Assembly: GCA_951406725.2 (NCBI GenBank)
Contig: OX597818.1
Location: forward strand, 146,072,001-146,136,000
Direction of reading: 5' to 3'
Source: Octopus vulgaris
Taxonomy: Eukaryota
DNA length: 64,000 nt
Shown: piece after piece, positions 1 to 11,564 of the stretch
How positions within the stretch are numbered: the first letter of the stretch is position 1
How the letters are laid out: each line of letters opens with the position of its first letter
Translations under genes and position numbers: made by a program
The notes under the pieces: generated by a model
Told to the model about the DNA's origin: nothing
Seen by the model: only the letters and a program-made list of their open reading frames with translations
Database searches by the model: none

Positions 1-186
1 CCCTACCCAAATCCTTGCCAAATTTCATACTACCGTCACCAAAAAGAAAAGAAATAAGACTCATTGAATAATATAGCTATGAGTAAAGAGTTTTCTTTGA
101 ATTCGAATCCTGCCGAAGTCAACTTTGCCTTTCATTTTTTCGTGGTCGATAAAATAACGTACGACCCAAGTGCAAGGGACAAGGAT

Positions 187-295
<109 letters not shown>

Positions 296-812
296 GCTTT
301 GTTATTATAATCCAAATTATTATTCCACCCGTTTCCAAAGCCGGGTGAAATAGACAGATTGAGCAAGAACCTACCAAACTCTTCTCATAAAAATAGGAAA
401 TTGCATTCTTTAAGAAAAAAAAAAAAAATCAAATGAAACCATTGCATACATGTCCGGCCATTATAAGCGTGGGCGCGCCCATATGTCGACTAAAGGGAAA
501 ACATACATATCACATATGTAGATCGTGAAGTAGGTTTTTTTTTTTCTATCGCTTTAAAAGGTCAATTAACAAATGGAACGTTGGCATCCGTCACTTTGGT
601 TACCCAATTATTAGAAGCAATTTATCGATTAAAACTTACCATATGGAACCCAACAATGATTTACAGATTATTTCTTAAATGTCTTCAGTGTCTCAGTCTA
701 GATGTCAATAGTGTAATTATTGATGTATAAGCATTCATCCACACACATGCGGGTGTGTGTGTGTGTGTGTGAGCGAACAAATGTCTGCAGAGACGGACGT
801 GCTTAAACGTCC

Positions 813-855
<43 letters not shown>

Positions 856-858
<3 letters not shown>

Positions 859-975
859 CGTGACCACCGTGACCGACCAGGCTATCAGCTGTTGATACAC
901 ATCGCTGGTCACAATGCGCTTCACATTGTTTGAACCTTCAAATAACGCCACCCCGCTGGCTAAGCGAGCAGGCCA
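856..975 (-). mobile_element. 3' tail of tRNA-headed SINE family C, between (TA)n arrays
   Basis: Matches tails at 43561-43680 and 54752-54870 (GACCGACCAG...CGCCACCCCGCTGGCTAAGCGAGCAGGCC). Confidence 0.85.
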
Positions 976-988
976 ATATATATATATA

Positions 989-1042
<54 letters not shown>

Positions 1043-1074
1043 GGGTATGAGTATTTCATTTATATCTCGCGTAT

Positions 1075-1156
1075 TTGCCGCTGAAGATGTGTGGATGGGA
1101 AAATTTCTAATGGTGAATTAATTTCTGAATTACCCGAAATTGGACCAATACGGTAA
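1075..1156 (+). ncRNA. Hammerhead-like ribozyme, type I topology (variant A)
   Basis: TTGCCG-CTGAAGA(1081)...CCC-GAAA(1136)-TTGGACCAA-TA-CGGTAA; stem I TTGCCG/CGGTAA, near-palindromic stem III, AUA site; stem II irregular. Confidence 0.6.
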
Positions 1157-1505
1157 TAACGAATTTTTTAGAGATTTCTATGGTTTGTTTCGAGACGCAT
1201 AAATTTAATGTTTATCGACAATTTTTTGTTTCGGCGTATCTGGCATTAGAATTTTTCTTCTGCCCTTATCTTGTAAATTATGTATAAATTTTACCTTTAA
1301 AGGCATTTTTTGATATGCTGGCCATTGATAAAATTTTTTTCCCGAAAACAATTTTATCCTATATCAATTATATATATATATATATATATAATGTGAAATA
1401 GAAAGATGAATAATCTTGTTGTAGATTAATCAAAAGTTAACCGATACCTTAGTAGCAAAAATCACAGCCTCTGTTCTGTTTTTGTTTCTCTAACGGATTT
1501 CCTTT

Positions 1506-1594
1506 TTTCTTCCTGAAGAGAAAGACACAATATGGTCCCATTATTCAATCGGATTTTGGTAATTTGTGCCTTTCGAAACACGTGTAGAATGAAA
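1506..1594 (+). ncRNA. Type I hammerhead ribozyme (variant B) in PLE-type cassette 1392-1647
   Basis: TTTCTTC-CTGAAGA-GAAAGACACAA...TTGTGCCTTTC-GAAAC-ACGT-GTA-GAATGAAA; canonical core, 11-bp stem II with 1 mismatch, palindromic ACGT loop III, GUA site. Confidence 0.85.
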
Positions 1595-1642
1595 TAAAAC
1601 GATTTCTGTTCAATCTGCGTTCAGCTCCATTTCTTCAATTCA

Positions 1643-1702
<60 letters not shown>

Positions 1703-1705
<3 letters not shown>

Positions 1706-2991
1706 ATAGAAATGGTAAGACAACAAAAGAATGAAAGAGACCTCGATATTATGTAAATAGGGGAATTTATTTATAATATAATATGTGACAATTATTCGGT
1801 TGCCATAATAAAATTCCAAGTTTTAACCGCAGATACCAATGGACCAGCACAAGATCGTTTTAGGAAGGACATATCCAGATGATGAAAACTTTCAGTCTTA
1901 GCATAACTACAGATACCAATCTGACGGTTGGCAATTTCCTAGATGTATCCTTAGATTTAAATAAGAGTATTTACAAACCTTACAGGAAGCCCAACGATAG
2001 ACTTAGTTATATTAATGTCGGTTCCTGCCATCCGCGCATAGTGTTTAAAAATTTACTTAAAATCATTAACAAGAGAATTTCTAGCCTCTTCTCCGATAGG
2101 GATACTTTTAATAGCGCTGCCCCAGGATATAATAAAGCTCAAAAAGATAGTGAATTTAGCGAGGAAATAACCTATACACCTGTCAACCAGTGTAATTATA
2201 AAGAAACAGAAACGTAGGAATAGGAAAACCATCTGGTTCACACACCCCTACTTCCCCGAAGGTCACTTCAGGAGAGTAGGGGTGTGTAAGTCGGCATATG
2301 CATATATAGCGTGTACGTATTTTAGAGGTGTATTTGAATATAACTGTGCGCGTATGGGTATGTGCACGTGTGTGTGTGCGGTAGTACATGTGTGCACATC
2401 GTGCGTGTGTGTGTGTGCGCGTGTGTGCGGGTATGTATATATGTACGTGTATATGTACATGTGTATGGTTGCATGTATGTGTGGGTGTACACGCACGTGT
2501 TCCTCGTGAGTGTGAGCGAGCATACAGCATGTGCGTATTTGAATATAACTGTGCGCGTATGGGTATGTGCACGTGTGTGTGTGTGTGTGCGTGTGCGTGG
2601 ATTTGTATACGTGTACATGCCTGGATGCATATATATGTGTGCATCTATTTGGCGTATGTGTGTGTTTCATGCGAGTCTGAGTGAGCATATGCATGTAGGC
2701 ACATGTACGTGGGTGTGCGTGCGCACATGTGTATGTATGTCCATTTTTACTCCTTTACTTTTTACTTCCTCCCCTTCGGTTTTCGTCCCTTTTTTAACGG
2801 TCTTTCTAATAATAGCCCTTTTGTCTTAATAACGGTCAATTACATAGTAATTTCCCTTTGTTTAACGGTCATTTTCATAGCATATTTTAATTGCCTCGAT
2901 AACTGAAGAGATGCCGGAGCAGGTTTCCGCCCCAACATCTGAAACTCGGAGTTTTATTATGGCAACCGAATAATTGTCACATATTATATTA

Positions 2992-2995
<4 letters not shown>
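1703..2995 (+). mobile_element. 5'-truncated Penelope-like element with inverted pseudo-LTR piece, flanked by (TA)n
   Basis: ORF 1879-2217 NFLDVSLDL..YKPYRKPND..YINVGSCHP..KRISSL resembles PLE RT C-terminus/thumb; 1778-1825 is the reverse complement of 2941-2988; HHR at 2898-2958. Confidence 0.85.
2898..2958 (+). ncRNA. Hammerhead-like ribozyme (variant C) in PLE pseudo-LTR
   Basis: GATAA-CTGAAGA-GATG...CATC-T-GAAAC-TCGGA-GTT-TTATT; one extra nt before GAAA. Confidence 0.7.
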
Positions 2996-3067
<72 letters not shown>

Positions 3068-3068
<1 letters not shown>

Positions 3069-3508
3069 GTTCTTTTTCTTTTTGTTCTATTACTTGTTTC
3101 AGTTATCTGACTGCCTCCATGCTGGAACACCGCTTTTAGTCGAACAAATCGACCCCAGCATTTATTCTTTGTAAGCCTAGTACTTGTACTGTCGGTCGCT
3201 GTTGCCGAACCGCTAAGTTACAGGGATGTAAACACACAAGCATCGGTTGTCAAGCGATGGTGGGGGGACAAACATCAGACACACAAATAAACACACACCC
3301 ACATACACATACATATACACACACACATATATATATATTACGGGCTTCTTTCAGTTTCCGTCTACCAAATCCAATCACAAGGCTTTGGTCAGCCCGAGAC
3401 TGTAGTAGAATAGTAGAAGACACTAGCCCAAAGTGCCACACAGTGGGACTGAACCCGGAACAATGTGGTTAGTAAGCAAGATTCTTACAACACAGCTACT
3501 CCTGCGCC
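3068..3508 (-). mobile_element. tRNA-derived SINE family B
   Basis: Head GGCGCAGGAGTAGCTGTGTTGTAAG...GGTTCAGTCCC, internal microsatellite and tail shared with 49782-50212. Confidence 0.9.
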
Positions 3509-3515
3509 TATATAT

Positions 3516-3571
<56 letters not shown>

Positions 3572-3574
3572 TAT

Positions 3575-3618
<44 letters not shown>

Positions 3619-3695
3619 ATATATATATATATATAGCTAAACCACCGAAATCTAGAAGTTTTTTTTCATTCTCTCTCTGTTTATTTTCCCTTATT

Positions 3696-3733
3696 CCTTT
3701 CTGTTCAAGAGCGTAGGCTCGAAACGTAAAAGA
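3696..3733 (+). ncRNA. Minimal hammerhead-like motif (variant D) in cassette 3635-3757
   Basis: CTTT-CTGTTCAA-GAGC-GTAG-GCTC-GAAACGTA-AAAG; same family as 63456-63493. Confidence 0.55.
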
Positions 3734-3756
3734 CTTTTTCATTTTTCCCAAGCGTC

Positions 3757-3787
<31 letters not shown>

Positions 3788-3840
3788 AGATCATTAGCTC
3801 CTACACGCAATTTTTTCTCTCCTTGTTTTTTTCTGTGTAC

Positions 3841-3878
3841 CTTTCTGTAGAAGAGCGTAGGCTCGAAACGAAAAAGAC
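3841..3878 (+). ncRNA. Minimal hammerhead-like motif (variant D) in solo PLE pseudo-LTR 3785-3960
   Basis: CTTT-CTGTAGAA-GAGCGTAGGCTC-GAAACG; flanks match pseudo-LTR 63358-63560 in reverse complement; cleavage triplet mutated. Confidence 0.5.
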
Positions 3879-3965
3879 TTGTTCTATTTCTATTCCTGAG
3901 CGCCATACTAATACATTTGTTTGCTTGTACTCCACCTGCCTTCGTCTTTTGTTTATTGTTGTTGT

Positions 3966-4009
<44 letters not shown>

Positions 4010-4999
4010 CGTGTGTGTGTGTATATAGTATACACATATGTATGTATATATTCATAAATATTGTTAAAATAATATATACACACACATTTGCATACAAACA
4101 TATATACGTACACATACATACACATATTACACACACACATACACACACACACAAGCGCTCACTCAGACTTATGCTCTTAAATATTCAACCTTGCAAATAC
4201 ACTCGCACATACAAACACGTACACGTATTTTTTTGTGTGTGTATGTGTATGTTTGCGTATGTGTATGGATGTACGTATATATGTATGTATGTGTGTGTGT
4301 GTGTAAACCACGTGTCACAGCTAGTGAAAGGAAGGCATGTACTTATGTATATGGTAATGTTCACGTCATCTTTATTACAGCTTCGTTGCTAATCAACCAA
4401 ATTGTTTGTCTGTCACTTAATTCCCCAATCACATTCATTATAACAGCCACACGTTATCACAGTCATTTAATAATTAGTTCTATTTCCATTGAGACGTTTC
4501 GGTTATAAAACAACTCTAAAATATACGCTGATATATACAGAGAGGTCTCTTCGTATTCTAGTCTCTGTTAAGGGTTTACATTCGAAGCCGTTATAACATC
4601 CAGAACAAAGCAATGTGGTCCCTACATACACAACCATGGCATTGATAGATTAGCTTTGGATTCCCTAATCCGTGCCCACCCCTACCACCACCGAGTAATT
4701 ACCCAGTGTGTACATGATTTATGATGACATTGCTTTACACCATTCTTGGAGCATATTGTGGTGACAACGAGAAAAAAATAATGTCCTGCATAATCATTGA
4801 CCTACAACATGGTCATTGACCCAGAAACCGCAACCAAATCCCTCACATTTCAATCCTACGTCATTAAAATAATGGATAGGATAATGTAGTTCTGAATAAG
4901 ACGTAATATCTTTGATGGTAGTTCTACTCAACGAGTGCTGAGATGGGCTAAACAACAACAACAACAGCAACAACAACAACAACAGTTATTATTGCTCTG

Positions 5000-5175
5000 C
5001 TGAATGTCAGAATCGTTAAAACGCCGATCAAAATACTTTCGTCCTTTGCGTTTTGAGTTCAAATTTTCGAAGCCGATTTTTCCTTTCCTCCAAGGTGAAT
5101 ATTGGAGTCGATGTAATTGACTAGCCCCCCTCCTATCGAATTTTCAGTCTTTGTGTCTGTAGAAGAAAGGAATAT
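5000..5175 (+). mobile_element. Decayed SINE family A
   Basis: CAGAATCGTTA...GAGTTCAAAT...GTCGATGTAATTGAC motifs shared with 29089-29299. Confidence 0.7.
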
Positions 5176-5204
5176 TGGTTGGTTTTCAGAAAGCAACTTG
5201 ATGT

Positions 5205-6279
5205 AATAATCAGTTCTTCTCTTTGTTGATTTATCCAAGGCCTTTCACTCTGTACGCAGATAAGATGGGAGAAATCCTTTGGGCACATAGAATCCTCGAT
5301 GAAACAATAAAGGCGGTAATGATGCTGTATAAAACACCCGAGCGATGGTGCTGCCATCAGATGGAGATACTGACTTCTTCGATGTTCATGACGGAGTACT
5401 GCAGTGTGAGACATTAGCTCCTTACTTGTTCATCCTGTGTCTCGATTATGTATTGCGTACCTCAGTAGAGCAACACAATGATCTGGGTTACACTTTACAG
5501 AAGACTAGAAGCAGAAGATATCCTACTTGACTGACGGCGATTATGCTGATGACATAGCGCTCTTTGCAGACAACACAAAAGATGCTGAACGTTTACTCTT
5601 TCTCCTGGAAAATGCGCCGCTAACATAGGACTATATGTGAATGAAAAGAGGACAGAGTTTATCATCCTGAATACAACAGGTAAAATAATGACCATCAAAC
5701 AGAAGCCCTTGAAAAATGTCAACGAGTTTACTTACCTAGACAGCAATATCGTGTCCACTGAAAATGATATTAAATCTTGCGTTGCTAAGGCTTGGGCAGC
5801 TATAGACGGTCTTAGAACAATATGGAAGTCAACCCTACCAGATAATATGAAGAGACAGCTCTTCAGAGCAGTTGTCGAATCTGTGTTTATATATGGATTT
5901 CCGACTTGGACTCTCACCAAGAGACTCAGGTGCATGCTGGACGGTGCCTGCGCCAGATGTTACGTGCAGTGCTTAATATCTCTTGGAGGGAGCACCCAAC
6001 AAAACAACGGTTGTATGGGAATCTACCAACTTTCTCATCAACCATCCGAGAGCGGAAATTGAGGTTTGCTGGCCACTGCTAGAGAAGTAAAAAAGAACTT
6101 GTGAGTGATGTGTTGCTGTGGACACCAAATCATGGTATCGCAGTGACTAAGACATAGATACAACAGCTTTCAGAAGACGTTGGATGCCAAGTTGACGACC
6201 TAAAAATACTAATAGAAGATCGGGAGGGATGGAGAAAGGCAGTCAGGCTGGACAGGGCAATCAGCCTCTATAAAAAAAA
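5205..6279 (+). mobile_element. 5'-truncated RTE-clade LINE (RT pseudogene) with poly(A) and 10-bp TSD
   Basis: FVDLSKAF, GVLQCETLAPYLFILCLDYVL, DYADDIAL, EFTYLDSNI motifs with frameshifts; A-tail 6272-6281; TSD AACTTGATGT at 5195-5204 and 6280-6289. Confidence 0.9.
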
Positions 6280-6519
6280 AACTTGATGTGAATTTTGATT
6301 TTTCTTTACTCCTTTCAGTCAACGGAGGGCAACTATGCTGTGACATGGCCTTCAAGGATTTTAATCAGTTATATCGACGCCCCAGTACTTTATCTTGAAC
6401 TTATATTATCTACATCGCAGGGGAACAGATACGAAGTTGACTTGGGTGCAAAGGAACGGAACCCGGAAATCGGAATACGACATGGTGATCTCATATCAAG
6501 ATTAATAGCACGTGAGCTT

Positions 6520-6906
6520 GCAGGTGAGGTCCAGTTAGAATTTTCTTTAGGTTGAGTAGCCCATCCCGTTCAAAAAGTCCCTGGATAAGGTTGTTTAAGG
6601 ATGTTGAACGAAACTACCATGTTTCCAGGGGTGAATTATCCAATTTCCCAAGCATTCCTCTCAACACATGACTATGATGCTCCCCCACTACTCCTGCTCA
6701 TGATCAGAGATGCACATATCGTCAGCCACTAAGGGACATGCTCAACTGGTTAAGGTCAAACAACTGACAAACAAATCTGTGGTATTGAGCAGAATATTTG
6801 CTAAAGCCATCTTTTATACCAAGACAAAACAATGTACATGATAACACTTCCAATCAGTTAAGATGAGAAGCCATGAAAGCCACTGTCTGGTACTGCATCT
6901 GGGCAT
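6520..6906 (+). mobile_element. Retroelement 3' end or SINE ending in (ATT)n, unclassified
   Basis: Partial second copy at ~13960-14130 (CTACTCCTGCTCATGATCAGAGATG...GCAGAATATTTGCTA). Confidence 0.65.
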
Positions 6907-6934
6907 TTATTATTATTATTGTTGTTGTTGTTGT

Positions 6935-8048
6935 TATTTACTTTTAATCTGCATATTTGTTACAAACACTCACCCAGACACACCCAGCGTCCTTGGGTGA
7001 GTGAAGGATAAAAGATGTTACAGTATGACTGAAAGCTTGGGAAGGGAAAAAGGCAGGAGCAGTAGCGAAATATCTTCATGTAATACAACACATACATTTA
7101 AATAGATAGGGTTTTTCTAAGAATGTGGACAGTACTTGTCAGCACAATGTTTTGGATTTCTCGGAGACATGGTTCTCCTGGGATATTATCTAGATGTTTC
7201 TGACATCCCTTTCTTATACCAAAGGCACCCACAATAACAGGAACAGTTCTCATTTTAGAATGCCACATCTTTTGTATTTCAATTTCCAAGTCCTTATATT
7301 TACTTAATTTGTCAAATTCCTTTACAGATATATTTTTATCAGTGGGAACACTTACATCTATTAGTCTACGAGTATTTTCTTCTCTGTCTTTAATGATTAT
7401 GTCTGGTCGATTCGCCTGGATCGTTCTGTCGGTGTTGACTGGAAAATCCCAGAGGATAGTGACATGTTTACCTTCAACGACTGGCACAAAACAAGATGTT
7501 CAAGACAGATGAAAAAAAATTTACAGGGAGTTTGGCAAAAGCAAGATAGAAGTAAAGGAAATGGAATAATTCTGGAAGATATGGAGCAACAGAAAAGAAT
7601 ATAATGCTGAAACTCACTAGATAGAACGTAACATGATGAAATGAGATTGGATGAAGTTGAAGAGCAGAAATGTGAGGCAATAGGAGTAGAAAAGCTAAGA
7701 TGTGTTCTTAGAAAGTCTCACAAACGGAAAACCCCAGGACTGGACTGGATCCTTAACTTCTAGCTAAATTGTTTGACAGAAGTACACCAAAATGTTGCTT
7801 CATCTCGAACTGATATAATCTCGAACCCAGAGCAAATACCTGCCTGGCTAACCGACTGAACAACATGCCTTCTACCAAAATCTGAAGACACGAAAAATCC
7901 AAAGAACTACCGCCTTCTCAACGCCATCTACAAGATCCTCACATCGATACTAACTGAAAGGATATACACTTTCCTGGAACAGAACTCTATCCTTCCACAA
8001 GCTCAAAAAAGGTTGTGAAAGGAATTCTTATGGATTCAAAACACAGTT

Positions 8049-8052
<4 letters not shown>
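6935..8052 (-). mobile_element. R4/Dong-type RLE non-LTR retrotransposon fragment with 5' inversion, between (TAA)n-type arrays
   Basis: Minus ORF 7098-7487 ILWDFPVNTDRTIQANRPDIII...IDVSVP..KLSKYKDL (PD-D/ExK endonuclease); plus-strand 7487-8052 QNKMFKTD...PAWLT..LLPKSEDTKNPKNYR..YKILTSIL (RT N-terminal part). Confidence 0.9.
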
Positions 8053-8144
<92 letters not shown>

Positions 8145-8180
8145 CATCATCATCATCATTATTATTATACAGACTATTAT
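8053..8180 (+). repeat. (ATT)n/(ATC)n microsatellite
   Basis: Trinucleotide array; explains poly-L/I/N ORFs. Confidence 0.97.
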
Positions 8181-10454
8181 TACTCCTGCACCACCATTGT
8201 TCCTGGTAGCCTTTTTTCTTTTCACAGGCAACGCTTTTCACAGTCAAAATCACAACAGTTATTGAAACAAAGTTAAAAATGTATTAAAGATTTTTTTCTC
8301 AAAAATAGAAAAGAAAGTTTTATGAATTGATGGAAAGTAAAGTATATAAAATGCCAATAAGGGATCTACAAACGAAGAAGAACATTCCAGCATAGCAGTA
8401 GTTAAAGAATTAAATGATGCCAGTCTGAAAGCGACACACCAAATATCAATCAAACAGCTTGAGGCAAAAAGGGTTCTGGTCACGTTCACATTCTCGAGAA
8501 ATACCTTGAGCACACTGTCAGTTTCCTTGTTGCCTTGATGCTGGATAAGCAAGTTTTAAATGCTCCAAATGACCTTAAATTTTCTCAAATATGGCGATTT
8601 GTCCACTCACTGTTCACTCTAAACAACACCCAGGAGCACATTTTTCCCTCTGTGTAAATCACTGCTATAATGTACACTTGATGTGAATGGAATTGTAATT
8701 GAAGACTAGGAAACTAGCCAAATAGTATGGAGCAAGTCTACAAGAATTTTTGAAGTATTATTTATTGAAAGAAATAATGAAATACGGTATACATCAAATT
8801 ACTGAAGGCTATACATTAAATATATTAAATTACAGCGTTTTTGGTGATTGCTTTTAGAGACAATTTGAAACACTTAAAACTTGTGCAATATTATGAAGAA
8901 AGCAGAATTATTTAGATAGGAAATCTATTTCATCGTCTCATTGATAAATAGAGAAAAACAATTCTTATGTTTCGATATAAGTTGGTTGGGTGGAGAGAGC
9001 TTGACGACTTTGTTGGCACATTCCTTATCGCTGTTGGGAAGATGACCATATTCAGAAAATCGGCGACGAAGGGGTAATTTAAAAAAGTGGAATTTCGGAT
9101 AGATAAGTTTTCAGTTTTGATTATTATTTATAGCATGTCGTTTTTTTTAAATAACAGAGATATGATGATTTACAGACGTTATAAAACATTATTCGCTTCG
9201 CAGTTTGACCATTTGGTCTGTGAAGTGACGTTGTTCAGGGCAGTAATAGCTAGTTTTGAAATTGTTTCTGTTGAATACTGTGTGAAATTTGTGTGCGGCT
9301 GCGAAGTATTTATCTAATAACGACAACAATGTTTTAGTTAGGTTATTTTAATGCTATTTAGTTGGAAAGAACCAAATTATATTCCTTTTCTGTTTTTTAT
9401 TTTAAATGAGCCCTCCTGGTAAACTGCTTTCCTATTAAAGCTGCTTTTAGATGCAGCAGAATTGTTGTCGGTAAGCAAGATTATTTCCTTATCCCTAGAG
9501 GTTTCGTATAATAGAGTTTTATTGCCAACCTCACTGTGTGTATGTGTGAATGCACTACATCACGTTTTTTGTAGGGGGTAATTTCAAGTGTCAGGTACTC
9601 TTTTTGTAAACATAAAATTTAACCACTCAGACAGAACTAAACTGACCTAGCAATTTTGCATGACTGTATAGATTCTAGTAACGTGAATTAATTAATAATG
9701 CATTAAACATACAATTTAGCCTGACTGTGGTAAAACAATGAGAAAAGCAGTAGGTAAAAACTTTTGCTTAGACAATGATGTTTGATCTAGCTACAGTCAA
9801 ACTGTAATGAATATGTTGAAGGAGATCTGACTGCTGATTTTAGCTGGTCAAACAACCGTATTGAACCTCTTGCTCCGAGTTGCATCGTTGACTTGTTACA
9901 AAACCGTCATCATCTGCTCCAATAAAGACTCTTATTTTGTCTCATCGAAAGGCGTCTATGTGGGCTTATCGAAATTCCATCGATAGCTCATATAGAAATT
10001 TTGTCTCTCTATATAATGGAAACTCACTAATTCAGATTACCTATGATCTAAAAAATGAGGACTCCACATTGAAGATTTCAAGATTTTGGGACTTCATTTA
10101 ATGCACATCAGGCTCGTCGAATTGCAGTCCGTATTCTTTCTAGTTAGACACTTAACGAAACATGCAGGAATTTTACTGAGTATTTTTACAACTTGGTAGG
10201 CAAAGTTGGTTGAGTACTCTTATCACATACACAATGCATTACCATTCTCAGAATATGAACCGCCACAAAGCACACAGTTGGTATTTCAGAATTATTAGGT
10301 CACAAACATGATTAAGAAGTTGACTTCTTAATCATGGATTTGCCTGTTGTGTCCTTATCAGTCATGATGGGCTTCGTATATTTTACCCCACTGTCACTTT
10401 GATGGCATGCACTTCTCTCTCACCCAATAATAATAATAATGATAATGATAATAA

Positions 10455-11000
10455 TCCTTTTAATAATGTTTTCTTTATTGGCCACGAGAGCCGAACACAA
10501 AACAAAAACGGTCATACATAAGGGACAAGTGGGGCTTAGCACAAAACTTCATGTATAAAATTGAAACAAGAACAATTAACAACAAAAATCAACAATAACA
10601 TTTCCTAAAATGGGTAAGTTCCACCCAGGGACAACCAACGAACCTCACACATCTTAGTTATCAGGGCACCTCAGCAGATACCTTCTCAACTCCTCTCCGG
10701 CTTACAAGCGTATGTCGAGTAGGCCCATCCACACGGGCTACATTCCTTGCCACATTCACCCACCTTTCAACAAAAATACTGGGTGGAAGTACTTCACTCT
10801 CAATCCTTACTTTCCTTCTCAAGTGGAATTTGAAGAAAGTTGATTGGGGCTTGGCCTAAAAGCAAAGTATCTTTCCATCAAACACAAGACAGCTATACTC
10901 CCTTCCCAACCAAAAACAAAAAAGCAGTGGTGTGATCTTCAGGATGGACTCGGCTGATAACCGGATCCGTCCTACACGCGTCAACAGCTGTACGGCCAAG
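10455..11000 (-). mobile_element. Tx1/L1-clade LINE 3' remnant
   Basis: Minus-strand FFKFHLRRKVRIESEVLPPSIFVERWVNVA, homologous to translation of ~20440-20550; AATAAA then (ATT)-rich tail. Confidence 0.7.
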
Positions 11001-11505
11001 CTCTGGTTCTCGGGCAGAGTCGGTATGACACTGTATGCGATAGATCCGGACCTGAGAATTATAGGAACAACTCATTTTTGCTAGGACAAGAAGTGGAAGC
11101 TTAAAAGTATCACATCTGGTATAGTGACTTAAGTAAGATTTACCTTCCCCCACTAGAAAATGAAAATGTATTCCCTAGGGAGACAAAAGATTCCTCAGAT
11201 TCAGCATAAACTATTCAGTATGATATCAATTAGACATGCACATGGGAGAATGCTATGGGGGGAAACTGTGACCCTTCTTTTTAGCTACATCACTAACATG
11301 CTGTCTAAGAGCACAACAGTCTTATCTTTAAAGTTTTCCGTATTTTTAATCTATTCAAAATACATATTATTTGAATTCAAATTCCATCTTCAGCTGCAAG
11401 ATTTTTAAGGTTCTACAACTTGATCTGTGCTTTCCAGGTACAATAAAATAAGAATATTGCCACTCACGCGTCCACAATTTTCCTGGTAGTATATGCACGC
11501 ATACA

Positions 11506-11564
<59 letters not shown>

